This document shows positions 29,030-38,098 of a stretch of DNA of 64,000 bases, piece after piece. The translations under genes were made by a program, and so were the position numbers. The number at the start of each line of letters is the position of its first letter. Positions within the stretch are counted from its first letter, which is position 1. Source of the DNA: Elusimicrobiota bacterium (GTDB lineage Bacteria > Elusimicrobiota > Elusimicrobia > UBA1565 > UBA9628); assembly GCA_003151975.1 (NCBI GenBank), contig PLZD01000067.1, positions 1,143 to 65,142 on the forward strand, read 5' to 3'. The notes under the pieces were generated by a model that was not told the origin of the DNA, ran no database searches, and was given only the letters and a program-made list of their open reading frames with translations.

Positions 29030-32000
29030 ATGTTGCGGCGCTTCATTGCTACCGTTGTCTGCGCGGCCCTTATCGTGGCCTGCCCCGGCATCGAGTCATA
29101 CCACGCGATAGCCGGCGAGCTCGGCGAGATCAATGTTGGCGCGCGGCGCGCGCCCGCCCTTCCCGCTCTGCCGACCGCGATCCTGCCCGGCATCGCCAAC
29201 ATCACCCAGCTCTCGCAGACGCCGGGAAATCTAGCCACGGTCACCGAGGTCGCAACAGTTCATTCCGCGATCGCGACGCCTGGCGCGGCCGCTGCAAACA
29301 CTTCTTCGATCTCGAACGCCTCGGCGGTTGCTCAGCCTGAGACGGCGGAGGTTGAAAATGCGGGAAAACTGATCACACCGGAGGTCTTGGCGGGACTCAA
29401 CGCCACGACTAAGGGCGTCTCGGAAGCCGTCGAGGCCCTCGCCAAGCCCGATCTGAGCGCCGAGGGCGCGCACGCCGTCGGCGTCCGCCTCGAAGGCGCG
29501 GTTTCGCCTGCGGTCTCCGCCGAAGAGATTTCTCCCGCGGCCTCGGGCTTCTCAAATTTCTCGGGTAATGTTCATGCCAAGCAGAAGCGCGGCCTCGTCC
29601 AGTCCGTCGGCTTCTTTGCGAAAGCCAAGGGCTTCGTCCGCACAATTTCGGTCGCCGCGGTTCTGACGATCGCAACACTCGGCGGCCCCGTGCTGGCCCA
29701 GACCGTTCCGCAGGGCCCGGCGCCGGCCGGCCAGCAGCAGCAGGTTCCAGCTCCCGCCCAGCCCGGCGCGCCCGTGCTCGGCGCGCCTCAAGACACGGTC
29801 CAGGCCGAGGAGCCCGCGCCCAAGCAAATCGGACCCATCTCGGCGACCATCGCGATCCAAGGCCAGAACATGACGGTCGGCGATCGCTTCCACATCGCGC
29901 TCACGCTGACCAACAGCTCGGATAAGCCGGTCACGATCGCCAATCTGCGGAACTCGCTCAACGACGCCCTGCCCACGGACGTCGAGCTGCAGATGAACTC
30001 AGGGTCGGACGCCGTCACGCTAAAGCCCGGCGAGACGCAGACGGTCGTCTTCGAGACCATCGCGTTTGCCTCGGGCGACATCGCGATGGGCGGCCCGCTG
30101 ATTTTCAACGCGCAGCTCAATGGCCAGGCCGCCGAGATGCAGGCCATACTCGCCGACGGCGCGATCACGGTCAAGTCGGTCCTCACGCCCGATTGGAAGA
30201 AGATCGGCTTCAAGGATATCTACAGCGTCCTGCGCCAGGACGTGCCGCTCTGGGCGTGGCTGGCGGCGATCCCGCTGCTGCTGTCGCTGCTCGTCGCCGG
30301 CGAGCGCGTGCTCGCGGCCCAGCGCCGCGGCGCCAAGGTCCTCTCGGTGGGCCAGCCGCTGCTGGTCTCGACGCGCGCGCGCATGAAAGCGCTCGAAGGC
30401 GCCTTGGAGCAAAACGACGCGGCGTTCTACGCCGAGTACTACTCCATACTCTCGACTTTCCTGATCGACTCGCACGGCTTGTCCGTCAAGGAGCGCGACG
30501 CCAAGACCTTGATCTCGGACCTCAAGAAGGCTAAGAAGCTTTCCTCGGGCCAGCTTAAGGTCGCCTCAGATTTAGCGTTCTCAGCGGAAGCCGCGCGGTT
30601 CGGCGGCCGCGCTACGACGGCCGAGCAGCGCTCCGCCGACCTCGCGGCTCTGTCGTCTCTCGTGGACAACATCGCGGGTGCTTCGAAGACGCAGAAAACC
30701 GAAGGCCTACACAGCCTCGGCGGGCCGATGACGGGCCTGCAGTTCGGCAACCCCTACGCGCTGCTGCTCTTTTTGCCGCTGGCTGGGTATCTGGCTTGGA
30801 AGTTCATAGGCCGCAAGCAGGCCAGCGCCCAAGCCGCTTACCCGCTCTCGACGCTTTCCTCGGTCTCGCCGCGCAAGAGTTTCCGCCAGCGCTTCGGTTG
30901 GCTGACGAAGGGCCTTCGCGCCGCCGCCGTTTCCTTAATTCTGCTCGGCATCGCCGATCCCCAACTCGGCGTGCGCCGCCAGGAGACCATCACGCCGTCG
31001 ACCGACACTGAGCTCATCATCGACGTGTCGGGTTCGATGGACGAAGCCTTCAACGGTTCCGGCAGCCCCAGCAAGCTGGTGGCCGCCGAGGAGGCGATGA
31101 AGGCCTACATCAACGAGCAGCGGCGCGGCACGCAGAACCGCGTGGGCTTGGTCACTTTCTCGGACGAGTCTTACGTCGACATCCACCTCACTCAGGACTA
31201 CGACGCGCTGATCGCGCACTTGAAGGAGCTGCATACGATTTCTTCGACGGCGATCGGCAAGGGCATACTGACCGCGACGGGCCAGTTCCTCGAGGCCAAC
31301 GCCTACGAGCTGACCTCGCAGGACGACCCGCGCATCATCGAGGTTCAGCGCCTCATCCGCACCGAAGGCCTCGGCGCCGCTCTCGAGTATGCCAAGCCCT
31401 ACCCGGACCTCATGGACAAGATCGTCCGGCCCGACCGCAAGAAGGTCATCGTCCTTTTCACGGACGGCGAGTCCAACACTGGCCTTGAGCCCATCCCGGC
31501 CTCCGAGATCGCGGCGAAACTTGGCGTGCGCATCTACACGGTCGGCATCGCTCCCAAGGGCGGCACGGGCGTGGGCTACGATGAGAACACGCTGGTCACG
31601 GTGGCCAAGAACACCGGCGCGCAGTTCTTCCGGGCCGATGACGCCGACCGCATGCGCGAGATCCTGCTCGAAATCAATCGCCTCGAGAAGAGCCCGACCA
31701 AGATCGTGTCGGCCGTATCGGTCCAGAGCTACCAGCAATGGTTCATCATGCTGGCGCTGCTGGCGCTGGGCTTGGAGCTTGGCCTGGCCAACACGAGATT
31801 GCGCGTGCTGTCGGGCTTCTTGATGTTCACTTTGCCGTTCGGCAGCGTCGTCAATTTCAACCCGGCGCAGCAGCCTGCCGCGATCGTGCAGACCGTCGAC
31901 GCCCAGGCCCCGGCCGCGGAATCCGCTTTGCCGACCACCGGCGTGCCCGCCGAGGTCGCCGCGGCCAATCTGCTCTTCAACTCGGGCCGGTATGACGAAG

Positions 32001-35000
32001 CGCTCAAGGCCTACGCCAAGGCGCTCGAGAAGTATCCCGACATGGCCGAGCTCTACTACAACATGGGCAACGCCTACTTGAAGCTGGGCGACGTCGACCG
32101 CGCCAAGATCAGCTACGGCAAGTTTTTGAGCCTCAAACCCGACGCGAAGCTGGCTTCGAAGGCGATCTACAACATGGGCAACGCCGCGCTTTCCGCCAAG
32201 GACGTCGAAGGCGCTGTCGACAATTATAAGGAAGCCCTGCGCCGCGATCCGAACAACGACCGCGCCAAGTGGAACCTTGAGGTCATTAAGGCGCTCCAGA
32301 AAGAGCAGCAGCAGCAGCAATCCCAGCAGCAGCAGAAACAGCAGCAGAAGGAAGGCAAGCAGAAGCAGAACGGCAAGCAAAAGCAGAAAGGCGACCAGAA
32401 GGGCGATCAAAAGGGCGACCAGAAGGGCGATCAGAAAGGCGACCAGAAGGGAGACCAAAAGGGCGATCAGCAGGGCAAGCCCGGCGACCAGAAAGGCGAC
32501 GCCCAAGCCAAGCCCGGCGACAAAGAGAAGAGCGGCGCCGACCAGTTGACCGACAAACTCGGCGACCAGGAAAAGAAGGAAGGCGAGGCCGCGCGCAAGG
32601 CCATCCCGCGTAAGGGCGACAAGGTTTGGGGCCTCCTCGGACTGCCGCTGGCGGCCGGCGGCTCAACCGCCTTGGCTTTCGGCTCAGCCTGGATGCTCTG
32701 GGCGCTGGCTTTCGGCCTGCCCGTCGTCGCCGGCCTCATCGCCTACGGCATCCACAAGAAGATTCAAGCCGCCAAGCAGCTGACTCCGGGCACGGCGCCC
32801 GCGGGTTTTGCTTCCTGGTGGGGACGCAACGCTTTCCTGCGCAAGTCGGCGCTGATGATCACGGCGGCAGCCCTCCTTGGCCTGTCAGCGGCCAACCCGA
32901 AGAGCGGCTACAAGGACGAGCGCCTCAACTTCGGCGGCAAGGACATCGAGGTGGTGCTCGATAACTCGCTCTCCATGCTCTACGCCGAGGACGGCCGCGC
33001 CGACCGCACCCGCAAGGAGCTCACCGATTTCATCACGCACATGCAGGGCACCGACCGCATCGGCCTGGTGGTCTTCGCGGGCTCAGCAAGGACCGCGGCG
33101 CCCATCTCAATGGACTACGGCAATTTCGAGTACAAGCTGCAGAGGTTGGAAGTCGAGTCGCGCGGACTTAAATCCGGCTCGGACCTAGCCGCGGCGGTGC
33201 AGTTTGCCGCCAAGTCCTTCGAGGACGTCAAGCAGCTCGAGGGCCGCCAAAGGATCGTCATCATCATCTCCGACGGCGACATTTTCAACGAGGAACTCGA
33301 GGGCGCCGTAAAATCAGCGCAAGAGCACCACATCACGGTCTACACGATCGGCGTGGGCACGCCGGCCGGCTCCAAGATCAAGGTCCCGACCGAGGACGGC
33401 AAGGGCACCGAGTACGTCATCGACGAGAAGACCGGCCAGCCGGCCGTCACGACACTCGTCGAGGAGCCCCTGCGCCAGATCGCCTCGCGCACCGGCGGCG
33501 CCTACTTCCGCGCAGGCTCAGATTCCTCGATGAACCGCATTCTCGAGCAGATTTCGACGCTGCAGAAAGGCGAGAAGGGCGACACGATCAAGTCCCCGCG
33601 CGGCGTGGCGTCATGGTTCTTGTGGCCGACCATGCTCTTGCTGCTGCTCGAGATGCTGCTGCCGAGCAAGTCGGTGCTCAAGGACGACCGCAAAGAGAAA
33701 GCGCGCGGCGTAGCGGTTCTCGGCTTGGCCTCCTTGCCTTTGTCGGGTTATGCTCTGATGCTGCCTTTCGCCGTGCTCACGACCGTCGCCGTGGGCTTGC
33801 TTGCCGCCGACTATTGGAGCGGCGGAGCGATCCGGCGCAAGATCGCCTGGGAGCTCGAGCGCCGCCGCAAGCTCGTGGAAAACGGCGTCTTGACCGACGC
33901 CGCGGGCTTGTTCGATCTGCGCGAGACCGACGCCCCGAAGCTGTCGGCCTTCCTCAAGTCTTGGAGCGAGGCCGATGAGGCTGGAAAGAAAATCTTGTCC
34001 AACGAGGCGGTCTTAGACGAACAGCTGTGGCGCCAGAAGCTCGCCGCGGCCTTCGTCTACGGCAGCGCGCCGGAGACGCAGGAAGCGCTGCTCACGATGA
34101 TGGCGCGCACCGCGCAGAAGCGCCTCGAGCCGATGGCTCCGGTCGCCGAGCAGTTGCTCGCGCGGCGCGGCCGCCTGCCCTGGCTCGACCATGTCGACGC
34201 GGCGCGGCGCCTCGCGCGCCTCGCGCAGGCCTTCCTCGATAATTCGAAGCCTGAGAATCACGCCGCTTTGGTTTCGCTGCTCTCTCACCCCGACGCCGAG
34301 GTCCAGCAGGCCGCGCGCCAGGCGTTAGGCAGCGAAGTCCCGGCGCCGGCCCTCAAACGCGGGTTTTTCTTCAACTGGCGCAAATGGCTCTCGGTCGCCC
34401 TCTCGACTCTGATGCTCGCGTCCTCCATGACTTGGGCGGGCTTCTCCGGCTACAAGACGACGCAATTCTTCGAGGAGTCGGCCAAGGCGCGGGACTTCTC
34501 GATGCGGACCTTCTACCGCGAGGACATGTTCGTCTTCTCGGACCACTACGCCGACGACCGCATCACGACCGACGTCCTGCCGGCTCTCAAGGCGTGGCAA
34601 GAGAACCCGCAGTCCGCGGGCGCGGGCCTCGAGCGCGCACTGACGGTTCTCTCGCAGTCCCCCGATCCCAAGGCCGACAACGTGCTCGAAGTTATCCTTA
34701 AGCACGGCGACATCCTGCCGCTCACGCCGAAGGCGGAGTATATGCTGCTCCACACCCTCGTCATCCGCGACAACGACGACGTCTGGCGCTTCATGGAGGA
34801 CCACCTCCAGAAGAGCGCGCGCAACCCGCGCGCCGTCATCCTGATGGAGAAGATGATCGCCATAGGTGCTGCCGAGGGCAACGAGAAGGTTTTCCAGAAC
34901 ATCTTCCATTTCCTGAAGAGCCCCAGCGAGCAGATTCAGCAGGTGGCCACGGCCGCGATCGCGGCGTCGCTGTCGGCGCCCGACAAGGTGGCCAAGATCT

Positions 35001-38000
35001 TCGACCGCCTGACCGACGTGCAGTCGCGCTACGCTCAGGACCCCGAAATGAATTTGTGGGTGGAAAACTTCGTGCTCCAGCGTCTGGCGACGGCCGAGGC
35101 CAAGGACATCGACTCGGCCAAGGCGCGGGGCCTCATCGACAAGATTTTGGACGCGGGGTCGCCGTGGGCGGCGATGCGCGCTCAGGCGCTGGCCGCCCAA
35201 GCCGCGCAGCAAGCCCAGCAGCAGCCTCAAGCCGGCGCCGCCCCGGGCGCCGCTCCCCAGGCCCAGCAGCAAGCTCAGATTCCGCCGCCTTTCATCTTGA
35301 TCGTGTTCGGCCAGATGAACGACGCCGAGCAAGCTTTCGTTTCGAACGGCCAGGCCGTCCCCGGGCCGCTGGCCGACATGGTCAAGTACGCGGTCAACCG
35401 CACGATGACGCAGCTCATTAAGGAGGGCGAGGCGAAGTTCGGCGATTTGCACAAGCGTCTCATCGAAGCCGGCGTCGTCCTGCCCGATACTGAGAACTCC
35501 TACGGCGGCGGCTACGACGACGACTACGAGGGGCGCGGTTGGGGCGGCTACCGCGGCGGTCGCGGCGGCAGTTATTCCAGCACGTCGCAGAACTACCGCG
35601 AGCTCTACAAGCTCCAGCACATCCGCGATTTCGCCAAGCAGCTTTCCGAGGCCGCCCAGACGAGCGCCGCGGCCGACAGCGCATCGGTGAAGCCCGAGAC
35701 CCTCGAGTATCTCGACCGCGCCGCCCAGGCTTTGAAAATCATGGAGCCTCTGGGGCAAGCGTCGGGCATGCTCGATGGCGGCAGCGTGGGGGAGAAAGCG
35801 GCCGACGAGGTCAACAAAGTCCTCGACGCCACGGCCTCCAAGCTCACCGGCAGCGGTTTCCTCAACGCCCTGCGCGCCAAAAACGTCGCGCCCAGCAACG
35901 GGGTGGATTCCGGAGCCGCGCGCTTCCTCGAGACCTACACTTTCGAGAACATCGAGGCGATCAAGGCCGTGATCCGGGAGATCGCGGCATCCGGCAAGGG
36001 CTGGGACTACCAGGGCAACCAGCGGACTTTGCTGCTCAGCGAGAAGCAGGCGCTGGCCGCGGCCCTCGACGAGCTCACCGCCGCCGAAGCCAAGGTCTAT
36101 CCGGACAAGGCTAAGCCCGCGGCAGCGAGCGATTTCTGGAAGACGCTGGAGACGCCCGGCGAAGAGAGCCTGGCGTTGGCGCGCTTGAGCGTGGGCGCCG
36201 CCGCGCACGCGGCCGATGCCGAGTTCCAGCTGCGCGCGCTCAACTACCTGACGGCGCACGCCGACAAGAATTCCAATCCCGACGAGCTTTCCGAGATCAT
36301 CGCCCAACTGGCCAAGGCCGTCGAGAAAACCGACAAGGCCCCCGAGGTCCTCTCGATTCTCGCGCGCGTCGTCGACGGCAGGGCAGATAGCGATCCGCTG
36401 ACCGCCGCCATCCGAAAAGAGTATCAGCGCCAGGCGTCCGTCACGATCGCGGACGCGGTCTCAGGCTTCGGAAACCTGAGCCAGAAGCTGATCGATCTCA
36501 AGGTCCGGCCTTCCTCTTATTCCGATAAGCCGTACAAACTGATCGATCTCAAGGTTTTCCTTAAGGCGGTCGAGGACGAGGCGGCCGCCGTGGCCGGGCC
36601 GAATATGAGCGAGGACGCAAAGAAAGCGGCCGCTCGGGCACGGCTGATGGTGCCCAAGATCATCGAGCTGGGGACCAAGGTCGGCATCACGCCGGGAGAC
36701 TCCCCGGCCGATCTCGTCGCCGGTCCGGTCAACGATATCCTGCACCAGGGCTGGCAGCTCTTCGACGGCTCGACCTTCCTCGAGGCCATGCGCCGGCAGG
36801 GACTCGAGCCCGCGGGCAGCTCGACCGACATCTACACGGGCTACTACCAGGCTTACTCCAAGGACAGCCTCGAGAAGATCCTGAAATGGCTCAAGAACGT
36901 GAAGGCTTTGGGCGACGGCTGGAAATCGCAAGACATGTCCACCAAGCCCCTGAGCGACAAGGAGAAGGAATACCTCGACAAGGCCATCAAGGGCATCCAG
37001 GACCAGATCGACAACTATCCGAAAGCCGGGCCCGCCGCGACCGAAAAGAAAGTGTTCCACGGCATGGCGCTCGTCGGCTTGGGAACGCTCGGCACGGCGA
37101 TTTCCTGGATCGGAACCGGCCTGCTGATCGCGGCCGCGGCGGTGGTGATCTACTACGTGGTCCGCGCGGCGCTTAAGAAGACGAAGGCCGCGAGTCTGAC
37201 CCCCGTTTTCAACGCGGCGGCCGAAAGAACCGCGCCGGGACTCGACGGCAGATTTAAGAAAATCGAGATCACGGCCAAGCGCGTGGCCAACTCGGTGGCC
37301 GGCGGCAACTTTCGATCCGTTTTCATCGGCGCGGGCGGCACGGATTTCGCGGAAAGCAAGCCCTACGCCGGCGAGGACCTGCGCGACGTCGACTGGAAGA
37401 CCACCGCGCGCCAGGGCGAGCTCTACGCCAAGAAGTACGAGCTCGAAAAAGACATGCCGCTCATGCTGCTCATCGATCTCTCGCGCTCGGCCCAGTTCGG
37501 CACGCGCGGCGAATCCAAACGTGGCGTTATTGAAGACGCTTCCTCGGTTCTCGCGCTGGCGGCCGCCAACACCAACCTGCGCGTCGGCGCCATCATCTTC
37601 TCCGACAAGGTCGAGGCCTACATCCCGCCGCAATCCGGCGTCAACCACGCCCGCGAGATCGTGCGCCGCGTGCTCGCGTTTGATCCTAAGGGCCAAGCCA
37701 CGGACCTCAAGCCTGCGCTCGGTCTAGCGCTTAAGGAACTGCGTTCCCGGTCCATGATCGCGGTCGTCTCGGATTTCATCGCTCCTGATTTCAAGAATTC
37801 GCTGATGGCGCTCTCAGCGCGCCACGACCTGCGCCTGATCCGCGTCTCCGATCCCGCCGAGACCGCGCCCCTGCCAAAGGTGGGCCTGGTGCTCGTGCGC
37901 GACGCCGAGACCGGCGAGGTGCGCTACGTCGACACTTCCGATACGCGCTTCCGCACCGAGCACGCCGCCTTGCTGGCCAAGCAGGAAGCCGCCCGCCAGG

Positions 38001-38098
38001 CCGCTTTTACCGCCGCGCGCACCGTGCCGCTCACGCTTTCGACGGAAGGGGACCCTCTCGAGGCCCTGGCCGTGTCGCTTAGCCCCAAGAAAAAATGA
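29030..38098 (+). CDS. giant polytopic membrane protein (~3022 aa): single-polypeptide fusion of BatD-like, BatA-like VWA, BatC-like TPR plus Q/K tail, BatB-like VWA, ~1080 aa HEAT-like helical region and C-terminal DUF58 (MoxR-partner) domain
   Basis: Uninterrupted 9.07 kb ORF. Start is ATG 29030 (MLRRFIATVVCAALIVACPG signal peptide) or TTG 29009. MIDAS motifs DVSGSMDE at 31022 and DNSLSM at about 32960. TPR repeats at about 31961-32293. Q/K-rich (KGDQ)7 at 32387-32470. DUF58 signature KPYAGEDLRDVDWKTTARQGELYAKKYELE at about 37360. At least 14 hydrophobic TM segments flank the modules. Confidence 0.85.
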   Translation: MLRRFIATVVCAALIVACPGIESYHAIAGELGEINVGARRAPALPALPTAILPGIANITQLSQTPGNLATVTEVATVHSAIATPGAAAANTSSISNASAVAQPETAEVENAGKLITPEVLAGLNATTKGVSEAVEALAKPDLSAEGAHAVGVRLEGAVSPAVSAEEISPAASGFSNFSGNVHAKQKRGLVQSVGFFAKAKGFVRTISVAAVLTIATLGGPVLAQTVPQGPAPAGQQQQVPAPAQPGAPVLGAPQDTVQAEEPAPKQIGPISATIAIQGQNMTVGDRFHIALTLTNSSDKPVTIANLRNSLNDALPTDVELQMNSGSDAVTLKPGETQTVVFETIAFASGDIAMGGPLIFNAQLNGQAAEMQAILADGAITVKSVLTPDWKKIGFKDIYSVLRQDVPLWAWLAAIPLLLSLLVAGERVLAAQRRGAKVLSVGQPLLVSTRARMKALEGALEQNDAAFYAEYYSILSTFLIDSHGLSVKERDAKTLISDLKKAKKLSSGQLKVASDLAFSAEAARFGGRATTAEQRSADLAALSSLVDNIAGASKTQKTEGLHSLGGPMTGLQFGNPYALLLFLPLAGYLAWKFIGRKQASAQAAYPLSTLSSVSPRKSFRQRFGWLTKGLRAAAVSLILLGIADPQLGVRRQETITPSTDTELIIDVSGSMDEAFNGSGSPSKLVAAEEAMKAYINEQRRGTQNRVGLVTFSDESYVDIHLTQDYDALIAHLKELHTISSTAIGKGILTATGQFLEANAYELTSQDDPRIIEVQRLIRTEGLGAALEYAKPYPDLMDKIVRPDRKKVIVLFTDGESNTGLEPIPASEIAAKLGVRIYTVGIAPKGGTGVGYDENTLVTVAKNTGAQFFRADDADRMREILLEINRLEKSPTKIVSAVSVQSYQQWFIMLALLALGLELGLANTRLRVLSGFLMFTLPFGSVVNFNPAQQPAAIVQTVDAQAPAAESALPTTGVPAEVAAANLLFNSGRYDEALKAYAKALEKYPDMAELYYNMGNAYLKLGDVDRAKISYGKFLSLKPDAKLASKAIYNMGNAALSAKDVEGAVDNYKEALRRDPNNDRAKWNLEVIKALQKEQQQQQSQQQQKQQQKEGKQKQNGKQKQKGDQKGDQKGDQKGDQKGDQKGDQKGDQQGKPGDQKGDAQAKPGDKEKSGADQLTDKLGDQEKKEGEAARKAIPRKGDKVWGLLGLPLAAGGSTALAFGSAWMLWALAFGLPVVAGLIAYGIHKKIQAAKQLTPGTAPAGFASWWGRNAFLRKSALMITAAALLGLSAANPKSGYKDERLNFGGKDIEVVLDNSLSMLYAEDGRADRTRKELTDFITHMQGTDRIGLVVFAGSARTAAPISMDYGNFEYKLQRLEVESRGLKSGSDLAAAVQFAAKSFEDVKQLEGRQRIVIIISDGDIFNEELEGAVKSAQEHHITVYTIGVGTPAGSKIKVPTEDGKGTEYVIDEKTGQPAVTTLVEEPLRQIASRTGGAYFRAGSDSSMNRILEQISTLQKGEKGDTIKSPRGVASWFLWPTMLLLLLEMLLPSKSVLKDDRKEKARGVAVLGLASLPLSGYALMLPFAVLTTVAVGLLAADYWSGGAIRRKIAWELERRRKLVENGVLTDAAGLFDLRETDAPKLSAFLKSWSEADEAGKKILSNEAVLDEQLWRQKLAAAFVYGSAPETQEALLTMMARTAQKRLEPMAPVAEQLLARRGRLPWLDHVDAARRLARLAQAFLDNSKPENHAALVSLLSHPDAEVQQAARQALGSEVPAPALKRGFFFNWRKWLSVALSTLMLASSMTWAGFSGYKTTQFFEESAKARDFSMRTFYREDMFVFSDHYADDRITTDVLPALKAWQENPQSAGAGLERALTVLSQSPDPKADNVLEVILKHGDILPLTPKAEYMLLHTLVIRDNDDVWRFMEDHLQKSARNPRAVILMEKMIAIGAAEGNEKVFQNIFHFLKSPSEQIQQVATAAIAASLSAPDKVAKIFDRLTDVQSRYAQDPEMNLWVENFVLQRLATAEAKDIDSAKARGLIDKILDAGSPWAAMRAQALAAQAAQQAQQQPQAGAAPGAAPQAQQQAQIPPPFILIVFGQMNDAEQAFVSNGQAVPGPLADMVKYAVNRTMTQLIKEGEAKFGDLHKRLIEAGVVLPDTENSYGGGYDDDYEGRGWGGYRGGRGGSYSSTSQNYRELYKLQHIRDFAKQLSEAAQTSAAADSASVKPETLEYLDRAAQALKIMEPLGQASGMLDGGSVGEKAADEVNKVLDATASKLTGSGFLNALRAKNVAPSNGVDSGAARFLETYTFENIEAIKAVIREIAASGKGWDYQGNQRTLLLSEKQALAAALDELTAAEAKVYPDKAKPAAASDFWKTLETPGEESLALARLSVGAAAHAADAEFQLRALNYLTAHADKNSNPDELSEIIAQLAKAVEKTDKAPEVLSILARVVDGRADSDPLTAAIRKEYQRQASVTIADAVSGFGNLSQKLIDLKVRPSSYSDKPYKLIDLKVFLKAVEDEAAAVAGPNMSEDAKKAAARARLMVPKIIELGTKVGITPGDSPADLVAGPVNDILHQGWQLFDGSTFLEAMRRQGLEPAGSSTDIYTGYYQAYSKDSLEKILKWLKNVKALGDGWKSQDMSTKPLSDKEKEYLDKAIKGIQDQIDNYPKAGPAATEKKVFHGMALVGLGTLGTAISWIGTGLLIAAAAVVIYYVVRAALKKTKAASLTPVFNAAAERTAPGLDGRFKKIEITAKRVANSVAGGNFRSVFIGAGGTDFAESKPYAGEDLRDVDWKTTARQGELYAKKYELEKDMPLMLLIDLSRSAQFGTRGESKRGVIEDASSVLALAAANTNLRVGAIIFSDKVEAYIPPQSGVNHAREIVRRVLAFDPKGQATDLKPALGLALKELRSRSMIAVVSDFIAPDFKNSLMALSARHDLRLIRVSDPAETAPLPKVGLVLVRDAETGEVRYVDTSDTRFRTEHAALLAKQEAARQAAFTAARTVPLTLSTEGDPLEALAVSLSPKKK
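32387..32470 (+). repeat. in-frame tandem 12-nt repeat (aagggcgaccag)x7 encoding (KGDQ)7 within the megaprotein
   Basis: Seven consecutive near-identical 12-mers; lies inside a Q/K-rich low-complexity tail after the TPR block. Confidence 0.9.

Noticed and set aside
32387-32470. CRISPR-like appearance of the 12-nt tandem repeat
   Set aside because: There are no spacers and the repeat is in-frame coding. It is a simple tandem repeat inside a gene.
29030-38098. Possibility that the 9 kb ORF is a misassembled or frameshift-merged set of separate bat genes
   Set aside because: There are no stops in 3022 codons. Module order differs from any canonical operon, so it is not a simple run-together. 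Linkers are in frame and TM segments separate the modules. This still deserves read-level confirmation.
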